32,000 nt of DNA from Acaryochloris thomasi RCC1774. GTDB lineage: Bacteria > Cyanobacteriota > Cyanobacteriia > Thermosynechococcales > Thermosynechococcaceae. The position numbers and the translations under genes are program-made. The notes under the pieces were generated by a model. That model was not told the origin of the DNA. It made no database searches and worked only from the letters and a program-made list of their open reading frames with translations. Location of the stretch: positions 6,474 through 38,473 of the forward strand of contig NZ_PQWO01000033.1 of assembly GCF_003231495.1 (NCBI RefSeq). Reading direction: 5' to 3'. Shown one piece after another: positions 16,974 through 25,189 of the stretch. Numbering within the stretch: the first letter of the stretch is position 1; every line of letters begins with the position of its first letter.

Positions 16974-17834
16974 ATGATTAAATCCCCACCCTTAGAATTA
17001 ATTCGTGCTGCCCAGGCCAACAATCGGCGGGCGAGAGACAGAGTATTCTCTGCCTCCTATGAGTTCGTGTCGATGATCGCTCGCCAGTGGTCATTGAGAT
17101 ATGCATATCTCGAATTTGATGATTGCCTTCAGGCTGGTTTTGAGGGGCTACTGGTCGCCATTGAGCGGTTTGACTTTTCAAAAGGCGTCCAGTTCCATAC
17201 CTATGCCAAGTGGCCGGTCTCCAACAGCATTCAAGAGCTGGAAAGGGCTGAAGCAAAACAGCAGCGAACTTACGAAAAAGCTGTCACTGCCTATAGCCAA
17301 GATTCAGCCGAACCGCTGAACTGGATAGCTGAAGCTCAAAATAACCGCAGCCTTCGCAAGCGTATCTACAAAGCGCTTAAATCTTTCTCCCGCTTAGTCC
17401 GCAAATGGCTGGTCCTGCGACTGCTGGGATACTCCTACGTCAAGATTGCTGAACGCTTCAACGTGACGCGGCATAAAGTCACTGCAATCATCAAGTCTGC
17501 GATGGGCGTCTTTCGGCAGCGGATGTTTCCAGAAGCCTATCGCTTCAAGCAGACTTTAGGTGCTCACCTGAAGCGCGGCCAGGTCAAACGCCACAAACCC
17601 GTCCCACCGCCCGCGACACCCACGCCAATACGTGCGGTCTTCAGAAGACTGCGAACGCTTGCAAGTGGCTTGCTGGGGTCAGTGCAACAGTCGGCGCAAA
17701 AGTTTGTCCAACAGGTCGTACCTGGAGCGCGCGTCAATTCGCTGTGGTCTCTAGGAGAAGACGACGATAGCTCGTCGAGCAATCCCGCTGATGTGACATC
17801 CGTGCCAGGGTCCGGCATTCCGCCGCCTGGATAG
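16974..17834 (+). CDS. Sigma-70 family RNA polymerase sigma factor (regions 2 and 4) with a ~100-aa Pro/Ser-rich tail
   Basis: Region 2: FDDCLQAGFEGLLVAIERFDFSKGVQFHTYAKW. Region 4 HTH: LVLRLLGYSYVKIAERFNVTRHKVTAIIKSAMGVFRQRM. The start is the ATG at 16974 or the GTG at 16959. Confidence 0.7.
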   Translation: MIKSPPLELIRAAQANNRRARDRVFSASYEFVSMIARQWSLRYAYLEFDDCLQAGFEGLLVAIERFDFSKGVQFHTYAKWPVSNSIQELERAEAKQQRTYEKAVTAYSQDSAEPLNWIAEAQNNRSLRKRIYKALKSFSRLVRKWLVLRLLGYSYVKIAERFNVTRHKVTAIIKSAMGVFRQRMFPEAYRFKQTLGAHLKRGQVKRHKPVPPPATPTPIRAVFRRLRTLASGLLGSVQQSAQKFVQQVVPGARVNSLWSLGEDDDSSSSNPADVTSVPGSGIPPPG

Positions 17835-17890
17835 ATTGCCCATCCTCGTGTCCAAAATCAACCCAATCTTCATCACTAAAGGAAAAACTA

Positions 17891-18355
17891 ATGCTTGGTC
17901 CTCTCTACCTTCCGCATGTCATCTTTTCTGCAGTCGTCGTGTTGCTGTGGGCCTACCCGCGTATTGCGCGTCGGTTCTCCAAATACATCGCTCGGTTGAC
18001 CGCCGCGATCTTTGGTTTTGTTGGTTTTACTGCCCTCACCACTGCTCCAGTCCGAGCGCAGTTTCTCAATGGTGGCCGGGAGTTTTTTACGACCTCCTTT
18101 CCTGATACGACTGAGTTAACCAACCTGTTATTTAATGTTTTGCTTGGTGTTTATGTAATCTATATCGCGGTTTCAGCCTTTCGTGTGTTCGGCGCGATGC
18201 GGTCTGAAGAGGGTGGCGAGTGGCTAGAGATTGCTAAGACGCCGCTCAAAATCATCCTCTCAATCACGGTCATTGATTCAATGATTGCCCTAGTTGTGAG
18301 CGGTGGTGGCGGTGGTGGTGGTGAATTTGCGGCTCTATTTCTGGGCCTTGGATAG
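17891..18355 (+). CDS. VirB2/TrbC-like pilin candidate, paralogue 2
   Basis: A long leader ends ...LTTAPVRA. The mature start is QFLNGGREFFTTSFPD. Two hydrophobic helices (LLFNVLLGVYVIYIAVSAF, LKIILSITVIDSMIALVV) give the classical T4SS pilin topology. Gly7 run near the C-terminus. Confidence 0.5.
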   Translation: MLGPLYLPHVIFSAVVVLLWAYPRIARRFSKYIARLTAAIFGFVGFTALTTAPVRAQFLNGGREFFTTSFPDTTELTNLLFNVLLGVYVIYIAVSAFRVFGAMRSEEGGEWLEIAKTPLKIILSITVIDSMIALVVSGGGGGGGEFAALFLGLG

Positions 18356-18720
18356 TGAGCAAATATCCCCTCACGGTCAAGAAAGCCCTAGGGAAGAAAG
18401 CTTCTATGGGGCCAATCCCGGCAGATATGGTGATTCCAACGATTGTGGGTGCCATCCTCTCACTGATGGCGAGAGGGGCTTTCAATCTAGATTGGCCGGT
18501 CGCCATGATCTTGTGCGCCCTGACCTTCGTGTTCTACTTCTTTCTAGTCGGTCAAAAGAGCTGGAAGTTCTACAGCTTGTTTATCGATGTCCCCACCCTG
18601 ATTCGGATTGCCCCACGATACTTGAGTCCAAGTAGCTATGAAAGAAACAAAAAAAAGGCGGAAACTGGCCGGACTAAAGGGAAGGGTTCTCGGCGCAGAA
18701 GACAGCCTAAACGTCGCTGA
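18355..18720 (+). CDS. VirB3-like small 2-TM protein (call rests on position and topology)
   Basis: It lies directly upstream of VirB4 and overlaps it. TM segments MVIPTIVGAILSLMA and WPVAMILCALTFVFYFFLV, with a Lys/Arg-rich tail. The start is the GTG at 18355 (overlapping the upstream TAG) or the ATG at 18406 (preceded by GGGAAGAAAG). Confidence 0.45.
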   Translation: MSKYPLTVKKALGKKASMGPIPADMVIPTIVGAILSLMARGAFNLDWPVAMILCALTFVFYFFLVGQKSWKFYSLFIDVPTLIRIAPRYLSPSSYERNKKKAETGRTKGKGSRRRRQPKRR

Positions 18721-21445
18721 GATCGTCGATTACCGGATGGGTGATCACGAGTTTGGTGCCTATCAGCTCCATAAGCGTGACAACGTAAAGAACACAGACA
18801 CCTATCAACTGGTGTTTGGCTTTGAAGTGAGCGGTATTCATAGCTTCGCTTCCCCCGAATCGCTAGAGAAAGATATCAATGACCTCTGCGACGGCCTCAA
18901 AGCTGCCCCTCAGGGCGAGAGCCTAACCCTGAGGCTGACCACAGAGTCAAATTGCGATCGCCGCAGGAATCAGCTAAAGAAACTGATTGCTGCGGCCTCG
19001 TCACCCGAGCTGCAGTATCTGCTGCAGGCTGAGCTGAACAGGCTGCAGCAGATCTCTGATAAGGGCGTTCGTCAACCCAAAACCCTGAGAGCCTACTGCA
19101 CCTACAGCCCTTTCCAAGTCGCGGCTCAGCAAGACTGGTACTCCAAACTGTCCGTTCAACTGATGGGGATTTGGGATAAATGCACCGATCAGGTCCAGCT
19201 CAAAGCTCAACAAGCTTTTGAAGAACTCTACGCAGACGGCTATGCCAATGGGTTCATGGACTGGTTGATTTATTTTGAGAAGCAACTAGAGCTAGCCGTG
19301 ACGCCGTTGAGCGCTGATGATCTTTGGGAGGATCTATGGAGCCGGTTCAACCAATCTGAAGCGCCAGCTCTGCCCCAGCGCATCATCTTCACTCCAGAAG
19401 GGATTGAAGAAAAGTATCACTCTCAGCAGCACTTCACCGGCCACCTGTTCAAAGAAGGTGTGCCCGACTTTGACCGCCGTTGGATTCGCAATAAAGGCCA
19501 GTTTACCGGCGTCCTAGTCTTTCAGGAGAAGCCCTACGGCTGGGCAACCGCTCGTCAGCAGCTCCGCTATCTCTGGGATGCGATGACGGCTGACGACTGG
19601 CATGACGCGGAAGTGATTACCGAGCTGCGACCGGCCAATCAGAAGCGGGCGCTGCAGGGTGCCACAGAGCTTGCCAAGGGTGCCAATCGAGAGGTTAATA
19701 ATGCCGATGGCAAGAATAAAGTCAATCGCGTCGCTGATAAGAGTAAAGATGCCGCCATTGGTGCCACGGATGCCCTGCTAGATGGTGAAGCGGCCTATTA
19801 CGTCTCCACTGTCTTTCTCGTGCATCGCAAAACGCCACGCCAGCTCGATATGGCCTGCGACAAGCTCTCGAAGATGTTTCGCGCCCCGGCAGAAGTGGAG
19901 CGAGAGGAGCAGGTGGCATGGCGGCTGTGGTTGGATGCCCTGCCGGTGGTGATGCGGACGATGCTTGCCCAGGTGCCCACCGATAGACGGAGCATGTACT
20001 TCAGCAGTGAGGTTCCGGGACTTGCGCCGCTGCTGCGGACTCGAACGCCAGCATATAGCGGTTATGAGTTTATCGCTGAATGCGGGACGCCGATTTATGT
20101 GGACCTGTATAAGCAGCATCAGCACATGGGGTTCTTTGCAACCCAGCGCGGGGGTAAGTCTGTGACCATCGGCGGCATTCTGACCCACGGGTTAGCCCAC
20201 GGTATTCCCACCGTTATCCTGGACTACCCGAAAGGCAATGGTTCTAGCACTTACAAGTATTATGCTGCCTTCATGCCAGAGGTGGAGTACTTTGATATTG
20301 GCGAAGAGTCCAACAACATCTTTGAGTGTCCTGATTGGCGATTTCTTCCCAGAGAGAAGCAAAAGCAACGCTTTAGTAGCTTCCGCGACTTCCTAGAAGG
20401 TGCCCTGCTGCTGCTGATCAATAGCGGCAGTCAGGATAAAAATCTAACGATGAACCTGCGAACCATCTTTGGGATGGCGCTCAACGAGTTTTTCTCAGAC
20501 CCTGGCATCCAGGCGCGTTATCAAAAGGCTTTAGATGGCGGTTTTGGTTCAGCAGACTGGGGAGAAATGCCAACGCTGCGGGACTTCAAGGCATTTTGCT
20601 CGAAGGCACGTCTACCTGAGATTAAGGGCAACACGGAGGACGTTGACAAGGCGCTGGGGCTGATCAACCAGCGGCTTGAATACTGGCTCAACAGCTCAGT
20701 GGGTAAAGCCATTAGTCAGCCATCGAGTTTCCGTACGGATGCGAAGATGATTGTCTTTGCCCTGCGGAATCTGGGGACAGAAGAGGATGCTGCTGTCCTG
20801 GCCCTGTCAGCCTATGCTGCTGCCCTAAGGCGATCGCTCGAACATGACAAGAGTATCTTCTTCATTGATGAAAGCCCGATTCTGTTTAAGTTTGAAGCCA
20901 TTGCCCGGTTGATTGCGACTTTGACGGCCAACGGCGGTAAGTCAGGTATTCGGGTGCTTCTGTCGGCCCAGGATGTCGATAGCATTGGTGAGAGTCCTGT
21001 GGGGTCTCAGATCCTGCAGAACCTGACGATAGTGATGATTGGGTTCATCAAAGCCAGTGCTGTTAACTCGTTCGTTAAATACCTGGGCTACCCGGAAGCG
21101 TTAATCCGAGGCAACACGAAATTTAAGCTCAATGCCAATGATCTCTATTCTCGTTGGCTGATAGTCGATGATACGGCCAAGACGAAGGTGCGCCACTATG
21201 ACACGCCGGAACGGTTAGCCCTGCTTGCGAACAACCCTGATGAGGAGCGCAAGCGTGATGAAGTGTTTGCCGCTGTCCCTGATAAGTATCAAGCCTTAGA
21301 GCTGTTTACAGGGCTACTGGTGGAGTCCATCAAGACGGGGCAGAAGTTCTACGAGGATGAGGCAGAGGCCAAGCCTGAAGCCCTGCCCCAGGTCGAAGAG
21401 CGCCCGCTGTTGTTAGCTGGCAACTTTACCGATGATGCGGCGTAG
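18638..21445 (+). CDS. virB4: VirB4/TrbE/TraC-family type IV secretion ATPase
   Basis: 935 aa. Walker A FFATQRGGKSV, Walker B KSIFFIDESP, then GIRVLLSAQDVDSI. Size and position after the small membrane proteins are typical. An alternative start is the ATG at 18737. Confidence 0.85.
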   Translation: MKETKKRRKLAGLKGRVLGAEDSLNVAEIVDYRMGDHEFGAYQLHKRDNVKNTDTYQLVFGFEVSGIHSFASPESLEKDINDLCDGLKAAPQGESLTLRLTTESNCDRRRNQLKKLIAAASSPELQYLLQAELNRLQQISDKGVRQPKTLRAYCTYSPFQVAAQQDWYSKLSVQLMGIWDKCTDQVQLKAQQAFEELYADGYANGFMDWLIYFEKQLELAVTPLSADDLWEDLWSRFNQSEAPALPQRIIFTPEGIEEKYHSQQHFTGHLFKEGVPDFDRRWIRNKGQFTGVLVFQEKPYGWATARQQLRYLWDAMTADDWHDAEVITELRPANQKRALQGATELAKGANREVNNADGKNKVNRVADKSKDAAIGATDALLDGEAAYYVSTVFLVHRKTPRQLDMACDKLSKMFRAPAEVEREEQVAWRLWLDALPVVMRTMLAQVPTDRRSMYFSSEVPGLAPLLRTRTPAYSGYEFIAECGTPIYVDLYKQHQHMGFFATQRGGKSVTIGGILTHGLAHGIPTVILDYPKGNGSSTYKYYAAFMPEVEYFDIGEESNNIFECPDWRFLPREKQKQRFSSFRDFLEGALLLLINSGSQDKNLTMNLRTIFGMALNEFFSDPGIQARYQKALDGGFGSADWGEMPTLRDFKAFCSKARLPEIKGNTEDVDKALGLINQRLEYWLNSSVGKAISQPSSFRTDAKMIVFALRNLGTEEDAAVLALSAYAAALRRSLEHDKSIFFIDESPILFKFEAIARLIATLTANGGKSGIRVLLSAQDVDSIGESPVGSQILQNLTIVMIGFIKASAVNSFVKYLGYPEALIRGNTKFKLNANDLYSRWLIVDDTAKTKVRHYDTPERLALLANNPDEERKRDEVFAAVPDKYQALELFTGLLVESIKTGQKFYEDEAEAKPEALPQVEERPLLLAGNFTDDAA
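18954..18961. repeat. HIP1 octamer GCGATCGC
   Basis: Exact GCGATCGC read in the sequence. Confidence 0.9.
20830..20837. repeat. HIP1 octamer GCGATCGC
   Basis: Exact GCGATCGC read in the sequence. Confidence 0.9.
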
Positions 21446-21508
21446 GAACAGCTTTCGATGGCTTTTGCAATAGGTAAGTGGACGTCCACTTATTTTGGAG
21501 AACTCCAA

Positions 21509-22279
21509 ATGAAACGAATTAAGAAACTCGCGCTCATTGGTGCGATCGCTATCCCTGTAACGCTGGGGGTGGGGCAAAATGCCAAGGCTCAAGACTTCTT
21601 TGGTTCTGTTATTAGCGGCTTTGGTGAGGAAGTTGGCGGCATTGGCGGCGGCATTTTTAGAGGTGCTTTTACTGCGGTCACTGGCTTTGAAACACCCCAG
21701 CTCTTTGCCCAAGATATGTTTTCTAGCATCCTTGGCAAGGAGAAACTAGACCTCCCTATTGCCAGCAACGTTGAAGAGCATGTCGGTGAGCTGGGGAGTG
21801 TTGACCTTCAGAGTGCGGCTGAAGCGAGTCAAGATAGCCTCCAGGGGCTGATCGAAGACAACACTGGAATCATGTCCAATATGGCTGCTAAGGCTCAGGG
21901 CCAGTCCTTCCAACGTGCCGCTATTCAGGCGAGTGCTCAAAATACACTCTCTCAGGAGGCCCAGACTGCAGCAAGGTCTAGCATCGAGAGTACTGGTGAA
22001 ACGAATGCGAAGCAGGCAGAAGCTCTCAGTGACGTGATGCAGTTTACGGTCACCCAAGACATTGCCAAGTATCAGGCGGTTCTCAACCAAGCCCAGAACA
22101 ACATCTTGGGCGATATCAAGGCGGGGCAGATTACCTCAGCTCAGTCTGATGCTCAGACCAATCAACTGCTATCGAATATCGATGGTTCGCTGGCGGAGAT
22201 TAAGAATCAGGGTTCAGATTCAAATGCAGGTGCTATTGCTAGCTTGAGTGCGAGTAAAGGTGCATTGAATCTTTTCTAG
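21509..22279 (+). CDS. Secreted Gln/Ala/Ser-rich helical protein (VirB5/TrbJ-like by position only)
   Basis: The ATG at 21509 has GGAG 8 nt upstream. Signal peptide MKRIKKLALIGAIAIPVTLGVGQNAKA. The mature ~230 aa is low in hydrophobics and rich in Q/A/S. Confidence 0.55.
   Translation: MKRIKKLALIGAIAIPVTLGVGQNAKAQDFFGSVISGFGEEVGGIGGGIFRGAFTAVTGFETPQLFAQDMFSSILGKEKLDLPIASNVEEHVGELGSVDLQSAAEASQDSLQGLIEDNTGIMSNMAAKAQGQSFQRAAIQASAQNTLSQEAQTAARSSIESTGETNAKQAEALSDVMQFTVTQDIAKYQAVLNQAQNNILGDIKAGQITSAQSDAQTNQLLSNIDGSLAEIKNQGSDSNAGAIASLSASKGALNLF
21542..21549. repeat. HIP1 octamer GCGATCGC
   Basis: Exact GCGATCGC read in the sequence. Confidence 0.9.
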
Positions 22280-22307
22280 ATGAGTAATCGTTAAAGCCTC
22301 TGTGGAG

Positions 22308-22339
22308 TTGTTGTGCCTCTGTTTTCAGGGGCACAACAA
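22308..22339 (+). terminator. Strong 14-bp-stem hairpin 29 nt after the 22279 stop (terminator or attenuator-like; no U-tail)
   Basis: TTGTTGTGCCTCTG-tttt-CAGGGGCACAACAA, with one G-T wobble position. Confidence 0.45.
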
Positions 22340-22347
22340 GATGAAAT

Positions 22348-22776
22348 ATGTATAAAAAAAAGGGATCAATCTTTAGTTCCCCATTAGGGAGATCTAGATC
22401 TTCTCAAGCATATAGGGAGAGAGCCACCGATATGTTGCTTTCGGAGATGTCGCGAGTTTCGCCTGACTCTCCTGCTTATGAGAAGTTGCTCGAACAGTTA
22501 AAGCGACTTTCAAAGGATGAATCAAATTCTGAGGACGAACTTCGCAGGCAAAGGCTAAATAAGAGACTTCAGGCAATCTCTCATATCAATCAAATGCCTG
22601 TATGGTTTCAAGTAATATTTATTCTCTCACTATTGTATTTGATCGTTCTGTTCATTGATGCTTCAGGTTTTTGGTTTGGCTACGATTTCCTCAATAACAA
22701 TCCACCACCTGTTCAATCAAGCCTAATGCGTACTCCTGATTATCGATATATCCAACAAGCCCCGAGTATTCCATAA
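22348..22776 (+). CDS. Hypothetical protein with a C-terminal TM helix
   Basis: 142-aa ORF. TM helix VWFQVIFILSLLYLIVLFI. Its TAA overlaps the next ATG (TAATG at 22774-22778). No clear SD, so the start is uncertain. Confidence 0.5.
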   Translation: MYKKKGSIFSSPLGRSRSSQAYRERATDMLLSEMSRVSPDSPAYEKLLEQLKRLSKDESNSEDELRRQRLNKRLQAISHINQMPVWFQVIFILSLLYLIVLFIDASGFWFGYDFLNNNPPPVQSSLMRTPDYRYIQQAPSIP

Positions 22777-23990
22777 TGTTGAATCTTTTTCGCATACCAG
22801 AAGATCAACTATTCGATGTGAAGCCTTCTGAGTATATTGATCAGCCAAAAGCTGTGTGGCGTAACTATCACAATCGCAAGTTATTTATCAATCTACTTTT
22901 GCTGAGTCTGGTTGCATTGATCCTGATGTTTCTGCCGCATCAAGCTGTGGCACAGGTTCCTGATAGTCCTATTGAGTTGCTCGTGAATTCGGGCATAGCA
23001 ATCCAAGAAGCTATCTCCGATTCAGTTGAAGAGGCGTGGATGGAGCAACTGCCCCTGTTTATGCTGATTCTCAATCAGTTAGCAATAGGAATTGCGGTGA
23101 TTTCTATTATTTTCCTTGGCCTTGAATTAGTTCAGGAGCAAAGAGAGTGGGGGTATTTTACTTGGCAGCGCATAGTTATACCCTTGGTGATGATCGGCCT
23201 TGTTGGTAATGTCAGCTTTATGTCTGATGTTGCGTTCGGACTGCGAAATGAACTCAACCAGCTCAGCGTGAATGCTTATACAACCTTAGGTGTCATAGAT
23301 CTTATTGACGAGGCGCGGAATGCGGATGCGTTGCCTAAGATTCTGTCAGACGTATGGGCAGAGTGTCGAGCCGCTGATCAAGCGTTGAGTGGGGCATGTA
23401 TTGAGGATGCAATTAGCAATTCGAATGAGATCATTGATATAGAAAATCGATCATTCCCTGGTGCGGGTTGGGTAGATCATTACAGAAATATTTTGACTGA
23501 GATTGGTGATAACTTTACGGATGGAGACTTCAATCCCTTAATCACAATTCCTGAATTATTGCGGGACGTTCAGTTTGCACTTATAAGTCCCGCAATAATT
23601 AATCTGTTCACAATCTTTGCTACGGGTGTTCAGAGTGCAGCTCAGATGCTGATTGAGCTTGTTCTTTTCCTGACAGCAATGCTTCTTCCTCTGGCTGTAG
23701 CTCGGTCTATATCTGAGGGCTTTGACCCGCTTTTAGGCTGGTTTATGAAGATGCTCGAATTTGCGATGGTGAAGTTCTTTTTGACGATCCTTATAGGGTT
23801 GGCGAGTATCATCTATCTTGATGCTGGTGGAGTAGGGGGTGCTCTGTGGTTTCCCATGCTGACTGGGATTCTAAGCCCTATCCTTGCCTTCTCTCTCGCT
23901 TCAGGAGGTGGATCGTCGATCGTTCAGTCTGTCCTTGGGGCTGTAGGTGCGGTTGCTGGCATTGCCTATAAGGGCTTCAAGCTCAAATAG
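22776..23990 (+). CDS. Polytopic inner-membrane protein, VirB6/TrbL-like by topology and position
   Basis: At least 6 hydrophobic helices (e.g. LPLFMLILNQLAIGIAVISIIFLGL, IVIPLVMIGLVGNVSF, LIELVLFLTAMLLPLAVA, FAMVKFFLTILIGLASIIYL, LWFPMLTGILSPILAFSLA), with a central ~110-aa loop. Confidence 0.55.
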   Translation: MLNLFRIPEDQLFDVKPSEYIDQPKAVWRNYHNRKLFINLLLLSLVALILMFLPHQAVAQVPDSPIELLVNSGIAIQEAISDSVEEAWMEQLPLFMLILNQLAIGIAVISIIFLGLELVQEQREWGYFTWQRIVIPLVMIGLVGNVSFMSDVAFGLRNELNQLSVNAYTTLGVIDLIDEARNADALPKILSDVWAECRAADQALSGACIEDAISNSNEIIDIENRSFPGAGWVDHYRNILTEIGDNFTDGDFNPLITIPELLRDVQFALISPAIINLFTIFATGVQSAAQMLIELVLFLTAMLLPLAVARSISEGFDPLLGWFMKMLEFAMVKFFLTILIGLASIIYLDAGGVGGALWFPMLTGILSPILAFSLASGGGSSIVQSVLGAVGAVAGIAYKGFKLK

Positions 23991-24477
23991 GTAATACCCA
24001 TCGTCTCTTATCTTTGTCATAAGAAGGTAAGGGTGCGGCCTTATTGCTCTCAAGAATACCGGGATGGTCTGGATTCCTCTTTTCCCATTGCCGTTTATCT
24101 AGGTATTCGAGAAATATGGCATCTTTTGTTTCTCGTGGTACTTTGCCTATTGCGTATGCTTTTTCTGTTTCTACGATCTTCCAACGTCGGGCAGGGCTGC
24201 ACATTATCTCCTGGGCATTTCTTTCGTGGCCGCCGCTTACGCTTCCTCGTCTGCATTTGTCTTCAATACTGATATCTGGATTCTTAAGATATCTAAAGTC
24301 ATTGCTGGCCCAATTTGCCGCTTTAGATGCCTGCCTCCCAGGGTAAGCGTTCACGTATGCAAGCATAATTAACCCTAGGGTCACGCCAGGGACTGTGAAC
24401 AGAATTTGCGCAAAATGAAAAACCAGTTTTCCTGTAAAGTACCCTAGTGCAAAATTGTCGAATCCCTTATTATTCAT
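23983..24477 (-). CDS. Hypothetical membrane protein (opposite strand)
   Basis: The ATG at 24477 has GAGG 7 nt upstream (a TTG at 24489 is also in frame). N-terminal hydrophobic segments FALGYFTGKLVFHFAQILF and VTLGLIMLAYV, then a charged C-terminal domain. It converges on and overlaps the VirB6-like stop by 8 nt. Confidence 0.5.
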   Translation of the reverse strand: MNNKGFDNFALGYFTGKLVFHFAQILFTVPGVTLGLIMLAYVNAYPGRQASKAANWASNDFRYLKNPDISIEDKCRRGSVSGGHERNAQEIMCSPARRWKIVETEKAYAIGKVPRETKDAIFLEYLDKRQWEKRNPDHPGILESNKAAPLPSYDKDKRRWVLPI

Positions 24478-24540
24478 TAATGACCTCAATGCTTATTTAC
24501 AACTTATGACATTGACGTGATTTTGTTCCTGGAGATTTTG

Positions 24541-25146
24541 ATGCTAAGAAGAATTCTGGCTGCAATGGCGGTAGTTCCATTTCTCCTTTTTTCAGCTCCT
24601 CTCAAGGCTGAAGAAGCCACCAAGTTACCCATTGGTCTGCAGCTCTATATGCAAGCGCAGAAAAAAGTCTCCGTACAAGAGTATGATGATGCGATCTTAT
24701 TGTTCTTGCAATCTGTGGATGCCTCGGAGACAAATGAGTTAAAACGTCTAGCTGCTACTGGCGTCTTAAATTCTCATCTTGCTGCAGGATTCTATTTCCA
24801 AGAGGCTCCTGATAAAGTTGTTTATCATTTGACAGAAGCCCTGAAGCTTAAGCCGACCGTCAGTAGAGCATGGTCTAGGAAGGGACAGGCTCATTGTAAG
24901 TTGAAGCAATACCAAGACTGCGATGATGCTTTGACGATGGCAATTGAGCACTCTCCAATCGAGTATCGGCACCATTTGATCTGGCAACGAGCTGTAACAC
25001 GTCACGTAGACATGAATCGTCCTCAACTCGCCGCCAAGGACTTTGTTGCAGCTACTAAGCAGGCGCAAGCCTATGGTGATACAAAAATGGTAACTGCGTT
25101 TTTAACGTCTGCCAAAGCTTTCGGATACAACATCACACGCCCCTAG
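24541..25146 (+). CDS. Secreted TPR-like repeat protein
   Basis: GGAG lies 6 nt upstream of the ATG at 24541. Signal peptide MLRRILAAMAVVPFLLFSAPLKA. TPR-like helices include YDDAILLFLQSV, VVYHLTEALKLKPTVSRAWSRKGQAHCKLKQYQDCDDALTMAIEHSP. Confidence 0.55.
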   Translation: MLRRILAAMAVVPFLLFSAPLKAEEATKLPIGLQLYMQAQKKVSVQEYDDAILLFLQSVDASETNELKRLAATGVLNSHLAAGFYFQEAPDKVVYHLTEALKLKPTVSRAWSRKGQAHCKLKQYQDCDDALTMAIEHSPIEYRHHLIWQRAVTRHVDMNRPQLAAKDFVAATKQAQAYGDTKMVTAFLTSAKAFGYNITRP

Positions 25147-25189
25147 CTCTCCACTCCGATGCACCCGATCGCAATTCCACCGACCAGTC

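Noticed and set aside
17836-18635. ORFs 17836-18105 (+), 18303-18635 (+) and 18270-18506 (-) overlapping the pilin-like and VirB3-like genes
   Set aside because: These are alternative frames of genes that have better support (signal peptide, TM topology, start/stop coupling). Their products are Cys/Arg/His-rich and implausible.
18649-18656. A AAA AAG heptamer in the VirB3-like frame, considered as a dnaX-type -1 programmed frameshift site
   Set aside because: A -1 shift from the VirB3-like frame does not enter the VirB4 frame; a +1 shift or a 1-nt deletion is required. The classical -1 mechanism is therefore excluded. The homopolymer is kept only as a lower-interest observation.
19001-20712. 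Several 60-136-aa ORFs on both strands inside VirB4
   Set aside because: They are embedded in a 935-aa ORF with Walker A/B motifs, so they are shadow frames.
24033-24346. Plus-strand ORFs 24033-24272 and 24044-24346
   Set aside because: They lie antisense to the 23983-24477 gene, which has a GAGG-ATG start and TM helices. The plus-strand products are Leu/Phe/Arg-rich with no start context.
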